Source of the DNA: Clostridia bacterium
Lineage (GTDB): Bacteria; Bacillota; Clostridia; UMGS1883
DNA: 62,166 nucleotides
Direction of reading: 5' to 3'
Assembly: GCA_045656645.1 (NCBI GenBank)
Contig: JAZORN010000060.1
Coordinates: 1 to 62,166, forward strand
Both the position numbers and the translations under genes were made by a program. The notes below the pieces were generated by a model. That model saw only the letters and a list, made by a program, of their open reading frames with translations, was not told the DNA's origin and did not search any database. Shown in pieces: positions 29,076 to 39,812 of the stretch (its first letter is position 1; every line of letters begins with the position of its first letter).

Positions 29076-32000
29076 ATGAAATGGACAGTTGACCAGGAAA
29101 AATCAATATTTGCCAACCCCTCCAATATAGTTGTAAGTGCCGCCGCAGGAAGCGGAAAGACGCAGGTGCTTACAACACGAATAATTGAGCGGATAAAAAA
29201 CACCTCCTCCCCCGTTTCTGTCGAAAAGCTTCTCATAGTTACCTTTACAAAGGCTGCCGCCGCAGAAATGAAGGAGCGAATTGCAAAATCACTGCGCACT
29301 GCCGCAAAAGAAGCACAGAGCAGAGAAGAACGTGATTACCTTAAAGGTCAGCTTTCCCTTTTGGGAAGTGCTAAAATATGTACAATTGATTCATTCTGCT
29401 ATGACGTTGTAAAGCAGAATTTCTTCAAGGTAAATCTCCCCTCCGATATTTCAATCGGTGAAAATGGGGAGCTTTCACTGCTTCGCCTTGCGGCACTGGA
29501 GGAAACAGTTGATGCACTTTACTGTGCACTTGAAAAAAGCAGAGGGGCTAAGCTCAGCGAGGAAAATCTCGCCCTTGCATCTGTGTGCGAGGAATATTTC
29601 GATGACGACCTTCCCTTTATTCTTCTTGGGTTTGATGCGCTTACAAATGCCTGCGCCTATGACAAGCGGGACAGTGAATTCACAGAAAACATCCGTGGTG
29701 GCGGTGATTATTCCACTATGATAAGGGAGCTTTATCAAAAAGCTCAATCTGCTGCATACCCTGATAAGTGGCTTGACCAGATGGCGGATATGTATAATGC
29801 TGATATTCTTCCCTATGATAAAACTCCGTTTTTTGAATATGCATTTTCAGAATGTATCAGTACAATAAAAAACGGTGCATTATCTCTTAAAAGTGCCGCA
29901 CAAATTTCAGAAAATGGCGCTATAGGTTATGAAGCGTGTCTTTTAGAGGAGGCAGAAAGGCTCGATGCACTCTCTTCCTTTAACGATTACGACGCTCTTC
30001 GCACTGCCTATATGAATACGGAAATTTTCGGCAGATTAAAAGGGAAAAAGCGTGGATGCGATGAAGAGCTTTCAGGCAGTATAAAGACAGCACGCGACAA
30101 TGTAAAAAAGGTTGTAGGCGATACACTTTCCGCTCTTCTTGAATTTTCGCTTTCTGATTGCGAGTCACTGCGCACACAATTATATCCGCAGATAAAGGCA
30201 CTTTGTTCTGCGGCAAAGCTTTTAGGCAAAATTTATTATGAAAAAATGACTGCCCGCAGAATTATTGACTTTTCTGCGTGTGAGCATCTTGCACTTACCG
30301 TTATTTCAGAGGACGGACAAAATCTCACCGATGCGGGCGAGGCTATACGAAACAAATACGATGAAATCTATATAGACGAAACACAGGACTCGAACGAGCT
30401 TCAGGATATGCTTTTCTCGCTTATAAGCAAGGGACGCACATTTATGGTAGGCGACGTAAAACAGAGTATTTACGGTTTCCGCAATGCCGATCCTACAATC
30501 TTTATGAAAAAGTGTGACGAATCGCTTTTTGATGAAGATGCTTTAAAGCGCAAGATTTTCCTATCAAAAAACTTCCGCAGTTCAAAGGGCGTAATTTCAG
30601 GTGTTAACAGTGTTTTTGATATTATAATGACCTCTGATGTCTGCAGTATTGATTATAAAGGTGAACACCGTCTTGATTACGGTGCTGACTTTATGCCCGA
30701 AAACTTTGAGGGTGAAAAATGTGAAATTGTCATTATCGAAAAGGACGGTAATGCAGAAAATCAGCTAAAAAACGAAATGGAATATATCGCAGGGAAAATA
30801 AAAACACTTGTTGCAAGCGGTAAGGAAATTTTTGACAAGGACGAGGGCACTGTGCGCCCGATTTCCTACAGTGACATAGCTATTCTTATGCGCTCGGTAA
30901 GCTCTGCTGCACAAACGTGCGAATCGGTATTTGCACAAAATGCTATCCCCTGCTATGTAGACGGCGGAAGCGGACTTTTTGAAACGAGCGAGGTCGGTCA
31001 GATAATAGAGATATTAAAGCTGATTGACAATGCCCAAAGCGAAATCCCGCTTGCTTGTGCACTTAGAACTCCTATGTTTATGTTTGACGAAAACGACCTT
31101 TTGAGGATAAAGCTTTGTTCAAGGGAAAGCTTCTGTGATGCGTTTTACGGAATATGCAGCGGAAAATACAAAACCGAAAATGCCCTCACAAAAAAATGTC
31201 TTGATTTTATGCACCGTCTTTCCTCCTGGAGAAAGGCATCAGGCTTTATCAGTGTAGAGGCTCTTATCCGCAGAATATATACAGACACCAATATTTACAG
31301 CAGTGCTCTTTCCTTCCCTGACGGACAGATGCGCAGAGCAAATCTTGATTTACTTCTTGAAAAGGCGGAGGAATTTGAACGTTCAAGCTACAGCGGTTTA
31401 TTTAACTTTGTAAACTATGTTCAGAAAATCAAAAAAACTTCCGACAATGTAAGCGGTGCAAAGGCTGTTTCAGAAAAAATGAACGTTGTCCGTATTATGA
31501 GCATACATAAATCCAAGGGACTTGAATTTCCCGTAGTTTTTGTTGCAAACTGTGCAAAGCCTTACCACGCCCCGACAACGGGTGCAGGCGGTCTTATCAT
31601 TAATTCACGCTGCGCAATCGGTATGAATGTTATAAACCCGCTGCTCCGCTCCAAATACAAATCGCCTATGCAGACCGCCCTTTTACACATGGCAAAAATG
31701 GGCGACAGTGCAGAGGAAATGCGTCTTTTCTATGTTGCACTTACCCGTGCACGCGAGAAGCTTTATTCCGTATGCACACTGCGTGATTATGATGCTTTTG
31801 AAAAAATGACCTGCTCTGCAGTGGACAAGCTTACTAAAAACGAAATTTTAAATGCAAACAGCTACAGTGCACTTTTAGCACTTGCCTACGGACACGGTGC
31901 AGATAAGTGCTGGAGCATTACAGAGATTTCTCCCCGGGAGGCACAAAACACCGCTGAGGATTATGAAAAACATCCTGATGAATTTTGCGAGGATAAAGAG

Positions 32001-32702
32001 ATAAGCAGGATGCTTGATTTTAAATATCCTTACGAGGCTTCGCTATTACTTCCAAATAAGGCTTCTGTATCATTTCTTAAATCGTTTGACATTAACCTTG
32101 CCCCGTCGGAGGGCGGTAATATAAGTCTTCTCGGTGCCCCGTCATCAAAGAAAATTACTCTTTCTGAAATGAGGTTTTCCAAAAATGAAGACAGTGGCAC
32201 ATTCTTCGGCAGTGCACATCATAAAATGCTTCAGTATCTTGACTACAGCTCAGATAATATTGAGATGCAGAGGGATGCACTTATTAAAAAAGGTATTCTT
32301 TCAGCGGAAGAGGCAGGCGTTCTCCACATTGAAAAGCTAAAAGCTTTTATTAAAAGCGACCTTGCCTCTATGATGAGAAATGCGCCAAAGCTTTACCGTG
32401 AAGAGCCATTTGTAATCAGTGTAAGCGCAAAGGAGCTTTCCCCCGCACTTCCCGAGGGTGAGACGCTGTGCGTTCAGGGTATTATTGACTGCTATTTTAT
32501 AAAGGACGAAAAAACCATCGTTCTTGTAGATTATAAAACAGATACATACGATAACCCGTCTGAAATTGCAGAAATATACAAAAAACAGCTTTATTATTAT
32601 GAGATGGCACTTAAACAAAAATTTAAAGACAAAATAATCGAAAAATATCTTTACTTGCTTCATAAAAATGATATAATAGTAGTAGATGATTTACGGAGGT
32701 AG
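29076..32702 (+). CDS. addA: helicase/nuclease subunit A
   Basis: AAAGSGKT, TFTKAAAAEM, GDVKQSIY, IHKSKGLEF, QGIID..DYKT. Confidence 0.96.
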   Translation: MKWTVDQEKSIFANPSNIVVSAAAGSGKTQVLTTRIIERIKNTSSPVSVEKLLIVTFTKAAAAEMKERIAKSLRTAAKEAQSREERDYLKGQLSLLGSAKICTIDSFCYDVVKQNFFKVNLPSDISIGENGELSLLRLAALEETVDALYCALEKSRGAKLSEENLALASVCEEYFDDDLPFILLGFDALTNACAYDKRDSEFTENIRGGGDYSTMIRELYQKAQSAAYPDKWLDQMADMYNADILPYDKTPFFEYAFSECISTIKNGALSLKSAAQISENGAIGYEACLLEEAERLDALSSFNDYDALRTAYMNTEIFGRLKGKKRGCDEELSGSIKTARDNVKKVVGDTLSALLEFSLSDCESLRTQLYPQIKALCSAAKLLGKIYYEKMTARRIIDFSACEHLALTVISEDGQNLTDAGEAIRNKYDEIYIDETQDSNELQDMLFSLISKGRTFMVGDVKQSIYGFRNADPTIFMKKCDESLFDEDALKRKIFLSKNFRSSKGVISGVNSVFDIIMTSDVCSIDYKGEHRLDYGADFMPENFEGEKCEIVIIEKDGNAENQLKNEMEYIAGKIKTLVASGKEIFDKDEGTVRPISYSDIAILMRSVSSAAQTCESVFAQNAIPCYVDGGSGLFETSEVGQIIEILKLIDNAQSEIPLACALRTPMFMFDENDLLRIKLCSRESFCDAFYGICSGKYKTENALTKKCLDFMHRLSSWRKASGFISVEALIRRIYTDTNIYSSALSFPDGQMRRANLDLLLEKAEEFERSSYSGLFNFVNYVQKIKKTSDNVSGAKAVSEKMNVVRIMSIHKSKGLEFPVVFVANCAKPYHAPTTGAGGLIINSRCAIGMNVINPLLRSKYKSPMQTALLHMAKMGDSAEEMRLFYVALTRAREKLYSVCTLRDYDAFEKMTCSAVDKLTKNEILNANSYSALLALAYGHGADKCWSITEISPREAQNTAEDYEKHPDEFCEDKEISRMLDFKYPYEASLLLPNKASVSFLKSFDINLAPSEGGNISLLGAPSSKKITLSEMRFSKNEDSGTFFGSAHHKMLQYLDYSSDNIEMQRDALIKKGILSAEEAGVLHIEKLKAFIKSDLASMMRNAPKLYREEPFVISVSAKELSPALPEGETLCVQGIIDCYFIKDEKTIVLVDYKTDTYDNPSEIAEIYKKQLYYYEMALKQKFKDKIIEKYLYLLHKNDIIVVDDLRR

Positions 32703-32706
32703 TAAA

Positions 32707-33354
32707 ATGGCTGAAAGAATGGACGATACAAAGGCAATAAAAAGAAAATTTGATGACGAAACAGTTGAACAGCTTGTTGAAAACCGTTTCGTTTCTGATA
32801 AAAAAGCTTCACACAAACCAAAAAGAAAGGCTAAAAAGAAAAAGAACTATGCACTCAGTGCACTTATCACAATTCTTGCATTTGTGCTTGTTTTTGTTGT
32901 TTTCTTTATCGGCTCGTACATAGTTTTTACTGCATCACCTCAAAATATTGAAGATGAAATCAAGGTAACAGACAGTAAAGACGATAAAAAGAATGAGGAC
33001 CTTGCAAAAGATTATGAGAAGGAGGAGCTTCCTGCCCCCGAAAAGAATAAGGAAAATAAAGAGGATAAAAGCTTTGACGATGATTCTCTTATGAAGGAGG
33101 ATGACCTTGACGTTAAGCCTTCTTCTGAAAAGAAAGACAAAGCGGAGGATAAAAAGCCGTCATCTACTGATGATGACGAAGATGAAAAAGAAAAGCCCTC
33201 ATCATCTGCAGCAGAGGATGAAAAAAAGGCGGATGCAAATACCAAGCCACAGGCACAGCCCTCTGCAAAACCGTCTGCCCCTGCGGCGGACGAAAAACCG
33301 TCATCTGATGTAGTAAAAAAGAATGAGCAGTCGGAGGCTATAATCCTCGATTAA
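32707..33354 (+). CDS. single-TM hypothetical protein with acidic, Lys-rich disordered tail
   Basis: GGAGG RBS; basic patch, one TM helix, D/E/K-rich C-terminus. Confidence 0.8.
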   Translation: MAERMDDTKAIKRKFDDETVEQLVENRFVSDKKASHKPKRKAKKKKNYALSALITILAFVLVFVVFFIGSYIVFTASPQNIEDEIKVTDSKDDKKNEDLAKDYEKEELPAPEKNKENKEDKSFDDDSLMKEDDLDVKPSSEKKDKAEDKKPSSTDDDEDEKEKPSSSAAEDEKKADANTKPQAQPSAKPSAPAADEKPSSDVVKKNEQSEAIILD

Positions 33355-33380
33355 TATTTTGGAATAATGGAGGTTTTGTT

Positions 33381-33578
33381 ATGAACAAAAACGGTGCAGA
33401 AAAACTTTTTTCCAGAATGATTGACCGTGAATATGCGGAAATGGCAGATTTACCCGAGGATATGCTCTACGAGGAGGAAATCCTTGACGAAGACGTGTTG
33501 GTTGACGAAAGCAAGGACGAGGATTACTATAAAAACAGAATAGCTAAGGGATATGGTTTAACCGACAGTGTTATATAG
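33381..33578 (+). CDS. small acidic hypothetical protein
   Basis: GGAGG RBS; 65-aa ORF. Confidence 0.7.
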   Translation: MNKNGAEKLFSRMIDREYAEMADLPEDMLYEEEILDEDVLVDESKDEDYYKNRIAKGYGLTDSVI

Positions 33579-33662
33579 GGGATGCAAGTGTAAGAGGATA
33601 TAAATGTAAATTAATATTAGTATAGTTATAGTCATGCAATAGAAAGAAAAAGGAGCAGCGAA

Positions 33663-34691
33663 ATGGAAAACATCAAAGAATTTTTTGAACAGGCAGCAAT
33701 TGATATAGTAGGAAGTGCAGCAGATCCTAATACTCATTTATATAAACTTGAAGACGGAACCATTGTTCACAGAGTTTATGTTAATACAAAAAAAGGCGGA
33801 GAAGAAAAGAATATTCTTTTTATTTCCGATACTCATCTTACAACCTGGAATCTTAAGGATTTTGAAGAAAAGAATCCTGTTATTCTTGAAACTATCGATA
33901 AAAGAAGAAGTTCCTTCAGAAGAGAAGATGCTCTTTTAAACACAGAAAAGTTTATGAGTTGGTCAACGATGTTTGATAAAACCGTTGTCGGCGGTGATTT
34001 GATTGACTACCTTACCTGGGGCGGAATTGAGTACATACAGCGTTTTTTCTATGACAAAAACCCTGAAGCAATTCTTCTTATAGGCAGTCACGATACCACC
34101 CGTATTGTAGGATACAAGAGCGAAATCGAAGACCCTACAACCTTGGAGTCAAGAGAAGATATTATAAGAGGTGCATTAAAAACCGATATACATTATCATT
34201 CTGAAATTTTTGCAGACAGAGCTCTGCTTATCGCACTTGATAATGGTCAGCATAAATATTATGATTTTCAGGTGGAAAAATTAAAGGCAGATATTGAAAA
34301 AGCAAAAAAAGAAGATCTTGACATTTTCATATTCCAGCACGAGCATATGGCAACCAACAACCCAAAAGAAAAGAGGATAAATGTTCTTTATGAAAATCTT
34401 AACAGAGATTTTAACATTCACGAACACGTTCTTGATTTCTGTGATTCTCCTTATAAAATCGGAGGTCCGGGCACCGAGGGAACTACTCTTGAGCTTTACA
34501 ATCTCATAAGAGAAAATGCTGACATAATAAAAGGTGTGTTCTGTGGACATTGGCATAATGAAGCATATACTGAAATTCTGGGGTCATATATTAATGAAAA
34601 CGGTGAAAAGATTGAAAAAATAATACCTCAGTATATTGTTACCGCTGCAGCTTATGAAAAGGGCCATATGATGGTAATAACAGTAAAATAA
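33663..34691 (+). CDS. calcineurin-like metallophosphoesterase
   Basis: DTH, GDLID, GSHD, GHWH motifs. Confidence 0.85.
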   Translation: MENIKEFFEQAAIDIVGSAADPNTHLYKLEDGTIVHRVYVNTKKGGEEKNILFISDTHLTTWNLKDFEEKNPVILETIDKRRSSFRREDALLNTEKFMSWSTMFDKTVVGGDLIDYLTWGGIEYIQRFFYDKNPEAILLIGSHDTTRIVGYKSEIEDPTTLESREDIIRGALKTDIHYHSEIFADRALLIALDNGQHKYYDFQVEKLKADIEKAKKEDLDIFIFQHEHMATNNPKEKRINVLYENLNRDFNIHEHVLDFCDSPYKIGGPGTEGTTLELYNLIRENADIIKGVFCGHWHNEAYTEILGSYINENGEKIEKIIPQYIVTAAAYEKGHMMVITVK

Positions 34692-34693
34692 CA

Positions 34694-34795
34694 AAGTTGA
34701 CTTCGTCAACTAAATGTTCGCTGCGCTCACCTTTTTATAGGTAAACTTTGTTGAAATACGCAATTTTGCGCACAATGCGCGCAAATTCCTATATT
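34694..34795 (+). repeat. family-B-related hairpin cluster
   Basis: AGTTGAC-TTC-GTCAACT, CTCACC..TTTATAGG, CGCAAATTCCTAT. Confidence 0.6.
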
Positions 34796-34840
34796 ATAAA
34801 CAAGTGTGACTAATATCACACTTTTTTATGCCAATAAGTT

Positions 34841-34883
34841 ACGGACAAACTGAGCCAAGCTTCGCTTGGCTCAGTTTGTCCGT
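34841..34883. terminator. long perfect hairpin between convergent genes
   Basis: ACGGACAAACTGAGCCAAGC-TTC-GCTTGGCTCAGTTTGTCCGT. Confidence 0.75.
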
Positions 34884-34929
34884 TCTGCACTATTTTTTCC
34901 TATCCTCGCAATAAAGTAGGTAAAAAACA

Positions 34930-35598
34930 TTAGTAAATATATGATTCGGGGTTTATTGCCACTCCGCCCTGCCATATTTCAAAATGCAGGTGCGAGGTTT
35001 CTCTGCTTTCAACGGCGGCACTTTTCCCTACCTTGCCAACCGTTTGCCCCTTTTTCACTTTATCGCCTTTTTTTACGGGCGGTTTTAATGCAAGGTTTTT
35101 ATATACACTTTTTAAATCTTCACTGTGGGTGATTTCAACACAGTTTCCCCAAAGCTTGTCCTTATACACACGTGTTACAGCGCCGTCCCAAACGCTTTGA
35201 ACCTCGCTCCCCTTTTCGGCTGCATAATCTATCCCCGTATGCGCACGCCAGTCCCCCATAGTTTCAGAATAGACTGCCGTTTCGCTATATCCCTTGAGCA
35301 CAGTTTGTCCGCACGGGAAAAGAAGTCTTGACGGCATGCTCTCTTTTGTTTCAGGCTTTTTTTGAGGTTTTGCAGTTTCTTCTGCCTTGCTTTCCTCCAA
35401 AACCTTTGCCCCTGCGGCGGCAGGGGTCAACTCTTCTTTTTCCTCTTTTTTGGGAATTGTTACCGTTCCCATATATATTTTATTTTCCGAAGAATTTTCT
35501 TCCTTACTGCGCAGAGCAGTAGCCCGCCCGATTAAAAAGCTAAGTAAAAAAACGCTTATCACTATCGTTGCAATAAGCAGCGCTCTTGCATTTTTCAT
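34930..35598 (-). CDS. M23 peptidase, SpoIIQ-like
   Basis: N-terminal TM, HTGID, HLHFE; downstream of spoIID. Confidence 0.85.
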   Translation of the reverse strand: MKNARALLIATIVISVFLLSFLIGRATALRSKEENSSENKIYMGTVTIPKKEEKEELTPAAAGAKVLEESKAEETAKPQKKPETKESMPSRLLFPCGQTVLKGYSETAVYSETMGDWRAHTGIDYAAEKGSEVQSVWDGAVTRVYKDKLWGNCVEITHSEDLKSVYKNLALKPPVKKGDKVKKGQTVGKVGKSAAVESRETSHLHFEIWQGGVAINPESYIY

Positions 35599-35642
35599 TC
35601 TCCTCACACTCCTCATTTGTATTATTGCCAAAACTGCCTGAT

Positions 35643-36599
35643 CTAAACACCCTCAATCTGAGTTCCGCTGTAATAATGCGTCAGAATTTTTTTATAATCA
35701 AAGCCTTCCTTTGCCATAGTATTTGCGCCGTACTGGCTCATTCCCACACCGTGACCGTAACCCGTCACTTCAAACCTGACATTTCCTTCCTCTGCAAAAA
35801 TTTTAAAACAACTGCTGCGAAGATTAAAAAGGGTTCTTATTTCTCTTCCCGTAAAGTCTACACCGCCGATTGTTATGCTTTTTACACTTCCGCCCTCACT
35901 TATTTCACTTTTTCCTATATCCTCGGGAGTATTTAGCTTTACCTCAGAATTTTGTGATAATATTTTTTCCTTAAATTCTTCAAAGGAGAAAATAGCACTG
36001 GAATAAAAGTTGGGGGCATTTTCTTCCCCGTGGCTTTCAACACTTACAAGATACGGAACGTCGCCGCCCCATACGTCAGAGGAATTTTCCGTTCTTCCCC
36101 CTCCTGACTGAGAATGAAAAACTGCAAGGGCAACTTCACCGTTATAGGTCAGAATTTCCCCTGCCGTTTCTTCTATTGCCTGCTTTATTTTTTCACTGTA
36201 TTTATCAGCATCTTTTCCCCATTCTTTTTGCGCTTTTTCTATTTTTTTATATGCTTTACAATGCGCAAAATCAGTGCATACTGCCGCACCCGTATGCTCC
36301 CCGCTCGGGTTTTCCATTCTGTAAATTGCGTAGCTCCGTGCGGCAACTGCCTGTGCTTTAAGAGCTTCTTTTTCAAATGAGGCAGGCATTTCCGCACAAA
36401 CAACACCCATCAGATATTCTTCAATATCCATTTCCTTTATAACCTTTTCGTCAGAAAAATACACACTGATGTCCTGTCCTGAATGCTTTTTTGGTTTTTC
36501 GCTGAGGTTGTCCTGAAACTGCATAATAAAAAAAACGCACAGTGGCAAAATTAATGCAGATATCAAAAAAAACGCTGTATAAAAAATATATCTTTTCAC
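35643..36599 (-). CDS. spoIID: stage II sporulation protein D
   Basis: GVVCAEMP, EALKAQAVAARSY, GYGHGVGMSQYGA. Confidence 0.95.
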   Translation of the reverse strand: MKRYIFYTAFFLISALILPLCVFFIMQFQDNLSEKPKKHSGQDISVYFSDEKVIKEMDIEEYLMGVVCAEMPASFEKEALKAQAVAARSYAIYRMENPSGEHTGAAVCTDFAHCKAYKKIEKAQKEWGKDADKYSEKIKQAIEETAGEILTYNGEVALAVFHSQSGGGRTENSSDVWGGDVPYLVSVESHGEENAPNFYSSAIFSFEEFKEKILSQNSEVKLNTPEDIGKSEISEGGSVKSITIGGVDFTGREIRTLFNLRSSCFKIFAEEGNVRFEVTGYGHGVGMSQYGANTMAKEGFDYKKILTHYYSGTQIEGV

Positions 36600-36719
36600 A
36601 AAAAAACCTCCCCATAATATAATTATATTTTTTTAGCCGTATTTTAGAACATTTTTGTTGAAATTACCATCATTTGGTGGTATACTAATATTTAATTAGT
36701 TTTTTGGAGTTGATGGCAT

Positions 36720-38072
36720 ATGCAAAATAATGATGCTTTATTTGATAAGCTTTGTAATCTTACAAAGGATATTTATTCAATTGATTCAGAGCTTTACAAC
36801 AGATACAGTGTAAAAAGAGGGCTTCGTAATTCTAACGGAAGCGGTGTTCTCGTCGGACTTACAAAGGTCGGCGACGTTCACGGTTATCTCCTTGACGAAG
36901 GGGAAAAGCACCCGATAGACGGTCAGCTCCGATACAGAGGTGTGAATGTTACAGATATTGTTGAGGGTTGTGACAAGGATAACCGTTTCGGCTTTGAAGA
37001 GGTTGTGTATCTTCTCCTTTTCGGCAGACTTCCCAAAAAGGATGAGCTTGACGAATTTTCCCATTACCTCGGTTCAAAAAGGCAGCTTTACCCCAACTTT
37101 ACAGAGGATATGATTTTAAAGGCACCGAGTAATAACATTATGAACAAGCTTGCCCGCAGTGTTCTTGCAAGCTATTCATATGACGATAACCCTGACGAGG
37201 TATCAATTGAAAATGTACTGCGTCAGTCGTTTGAGCTTATTGCACGTTTCCCCGCTATGATTGCACACGCATATCAGGCAAAATCGCATTACTATGACGG
37301 AAAAAGTCTTATTCTCCATTCACCCCGTGCAGATATGAGTACGGCTGAAAATTTCCTTTATATGATGCGCCCGAATAATGAGTTTACGCAGACGGAGGCA
37401 CATCTTCTTGACCTTGCACTCATTCTTCACGCAGAGCACGGTGGCGGTAACAACTCAACCTTTACAACGCATGTTCTTTCATCATCAGGTACAGATACCT
37501 ACAGTGCGATTGCGGCGGCAATCGGTTCTCTTAAAGGACCAAAGCACGGCGGTGCAAATGCAAAGGTTATGGGAATGATTGATGATTTCAAGGCAAATAT
37601 TACTGATATTACAGATGAAAAGCAAATAAGAGAGCATATTATAAAGCTTTACCGCAAAGAGTCCTATGACCATAGCGGTCTTGTATACGGTATAGGCCAC
37701 GCCATTTATACAAAGAGCGATCCCCGTGCCGTTCTTCTTCGAAAGAGTGCAGGAATGCTCGCCCGTGAAAAGCATATGGAAGAGGAGCTTTTGATGTATG
37801 ACCTCATTGCAAAAAATGCGATTGAGCTTTTCACAGAAATTACAGGCAAGGAAAAAGACCTTGCAATAAACGTCGACTTCTACAGCGGCTTTGTTTATAA
37901 AATGCTCAACATTCCGCCTGAGGTTTATACACCAATATTTGCTATGAGCAGAATTGCAGGCTGGTGCGCACACCGTCTTGAGGAAATTATGGTTTCTGAC
38001 AGAATTATACGTCCTGCGTATAAGAATGTTTTAAAAGCCAAAGAATATGTCGATATAAGCGACAGAACATAA
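36720..38072 (+). CDS. gltA: citrate/2-methylcitrate synthase
   Basis: HAEHGGGNNST, GPKHGGAN, GIGHAIY, NVDFYSG. Confidence 0.93.
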   Translation: MQNNDALFDKLCNLTKDIYSIDSELYNRYSVKRGLRNSNGSGVLVGLTKVGDVHGYLLDEGEKHPIDGQLRYRGVNVTDIVEGCDKDNRFGFEEVVYLLLFGRLPKKDELDEFSHYLGSKRQLYPNFTEDMILKAPSNNIMNKLARSVLASYSYDDNPDEVSIENVLRQSFELIARFPAMIAHAYQAKSHYYDGKSLILHSPRADMSTAENFLYMMRPNNEFTQTEAHLLDLALILHAEHGGGNNSTFTTHVLSSSGTDTYSAIAAAIGSLKGPKHGGANAKVMGMIDDFKANITDITDEKQIREHIIKLYRKESYDHSGLVYGIGHAIYTKSDPRAVLLRKSAGMLAREKHMEEELLMYDLIAKNAIELFTEITGKEKDLAINVDFYSGFVYKMLNIPPEVYTPIFAMSRIAGWCAHRLEEIMVSDRIIRPAYKNVLKAKEYVDISDRT

Positions 38073-38091
38073 CAAACGGAGGTATCTTTTT

Positions 38092-39744
38092 ATGCAGGAA
38101 GGTTACTCAAATTTCATTCACGATATTATTGATGAGGATTTGGCGGCAGGCCGTGAAAACGGTGTGCACACACGCTTTCCTCCCGAGCCTAACGGTTATC
38201 TTCATATAGGAAGTGCCAAGGCTATATGGATTAATTTTATGACAGCAAAAAAATATAACGGACTTTTCAATCTCCGTTATGATGATACAAACCCCGTAAA
38301 GGAAGATGATGAGTTTGTAAAGGCAATTGAGGCTGACCTTCACTGGCTCGGTGCTGACCCTACGGGCGGAATTTACTACGGCAGTGACTATTTTGACAAG
38401 TGCTATGAATTTGCTTGCAAGCTTATACGTGACGGCAAGGCATTTGTATGCGACCTTACACAGGAGGAAATGGCTCTTTACCGTGGAACACTGACAGAGC
38501 CGGGTAAAGAAAGCCCCTACAGAGGCCGTAGTGTAGAGGAAAATCTCGACCTTTTCGAACGTATGAAAAACGGTGAGTTTGCAAACGGTGAGAGGACACT
38601 GCGTGCAAAGATTGATATGGCGTCACCCAATATGAATATGCGTGACCCCGTTATCTACCGTATACTCCATATGAATCATCACCGTCAGGGCGATAAGTGG
38701 TGCATATATCCTATGTATGACTTTGCGCATCCCATTCAGGACGCTTTGGAGGGTATTACACATTCCCTCTGCTCTATCGAGTTTGAAAACCACCGTCCGC
38801 TTTATAACTGGGTTGTTGATAATGTAGGCTTTGACCACGACCCGCATCAGTATGAATTTGCACGTCTTAATATGACATATACCGTTATGAGTAAGCGTTA
38901 TCTTCGTAAGCTCGTTGAAACAGGTAATGTTGACGGATGGGACGACCCGAGAATGCCAACCCTGCAGGGACTTAGAAGACGTGGCTATACCCCCTCTGCA
39001 ATATTTGACTTTATTGAGAGAAGCGGTGTTGCAAAGGCAAACTCTATGGCGGATATCAGACTTCTTGAATACTGCATTTGCGAGGAGCTTAACGAAAACG
39101 CTCAGCGCCGTGTTGCAGTAATTGAGCCTCTTAAGGTTACAATAACAAATCTTCCCGATGACCATATAGAGTATTTTGAGCTTCCAAACCATCCCAAGCG
39201 TGAGGAGCTTGGCACACGTAAGGTTCCCTTTACAAATAAGCTCTATATCGAGCAGAGCGACTTTATGGAAGAACCCGTTCCGGGATTTAAACGTCTTAAA
39301 CCAAACGGCGAAGTAAGACTTATGGGCTCATACATTATGAAGTGTAACGAGGTTCTTCACGATGAAAACGGTAATGTTTGTGAGCTTTTGTGCACTGTTG
39401 ATGTAGAGACGGGTAACGGTATGCCCACAGACGGCAGAAAGGTCAAGGGTAACATCCACTGGCTCAGCCGTGAAACTGCGGTGCCTTTCAGCGTTCATCA
39501 GTTTGACAATATCTTTAACAAAGAAAATGTTGCCACCCTTCTTGAGGATGACAACTTCGATGAATTTATTAATCCTGATTCACTTATCGTTTATGAAACC
39601 GCCTATGGCGAGCCGTCACTCAGGGATGCCGAGGTCGGTGAAAAATTCCAGTTTGTGCGTATGGGTTACTTCACACGTGACAGTAAAGACACTAACGTAT
39701 TTAACCGTACCGCACCGCTTAAAAGCTCATTTAAGCCACAGTAA
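38092..39744 (+). CDS. glnS: glutaminyl-tRNA synthetase
   Basis: TRFPPEPNGYLHIG, MSKR, WDDPRMPTL. Confidence 0.97.
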   Translation: MQEGYSNFIHDIIDEDLAAGRENGVHTRFPPEPNGYLHIGSAKAIWINFMTAKKYNGLFNLRYDDTNPVKEDDEFVKAIEADLHWLGADPTGGIYYGSDYFDKCYEFACKLIRDGKAFVCDLTQEEMALYRGTLTEPGKESPYRGRSVEENLDLFERMKNGEFANGERTLRAKIDMASPNMNMRDPVIYRILHMNHHRQGDKWCIYPMYDFAHPIQDALEGITHSLCSIEFENHRPLYNWVVDNVGFDHDPHQYEFARLNMTYTVMSKRYLRKLVETGNVDGWDDPRMPTLQGLRRRGYTPSAIFDFIERSGVAKANSMADIRLLEYCICEELNENAQRRVAVIEPLKVTITNLPDDHIEYFELPNHPKREELGTRKVPFTNKLYIEQSDFMEEPVPGFKRLKPNGEVRLMGSYIMKCNEVLHDENGNVCELLCTVDVETGNGMPTDGRKVKGNIHWLSRETAVPFSVHQFDNIFNKENVATLLEDDNFDEFINPDSLIVYETAYGEPSLRDAEVGEKFQFVRMGYFTRDSKDTNVFNRTAPLKSSFKPQ

Positions 39745-39756
39745 TACTTTGATACA

Positions 39757-39799
39757 AAAAGAGGTACACACCACTTTGTAAGTGATGTGTACCTCTTTT
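39757..39799. terminator. bidirectional terminator
   Basis: AAAAGAGGTACACA...TGTGTACCTCTTTT. Confidence 0.8.
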
Positions 39800-39812
39800 A
39801 GTATATATTTTC

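Noticed and set aside
32941-33354. Repetitive DNA in the acidic protein
   Set aside because: Ordinary low-complexity coding sequence.
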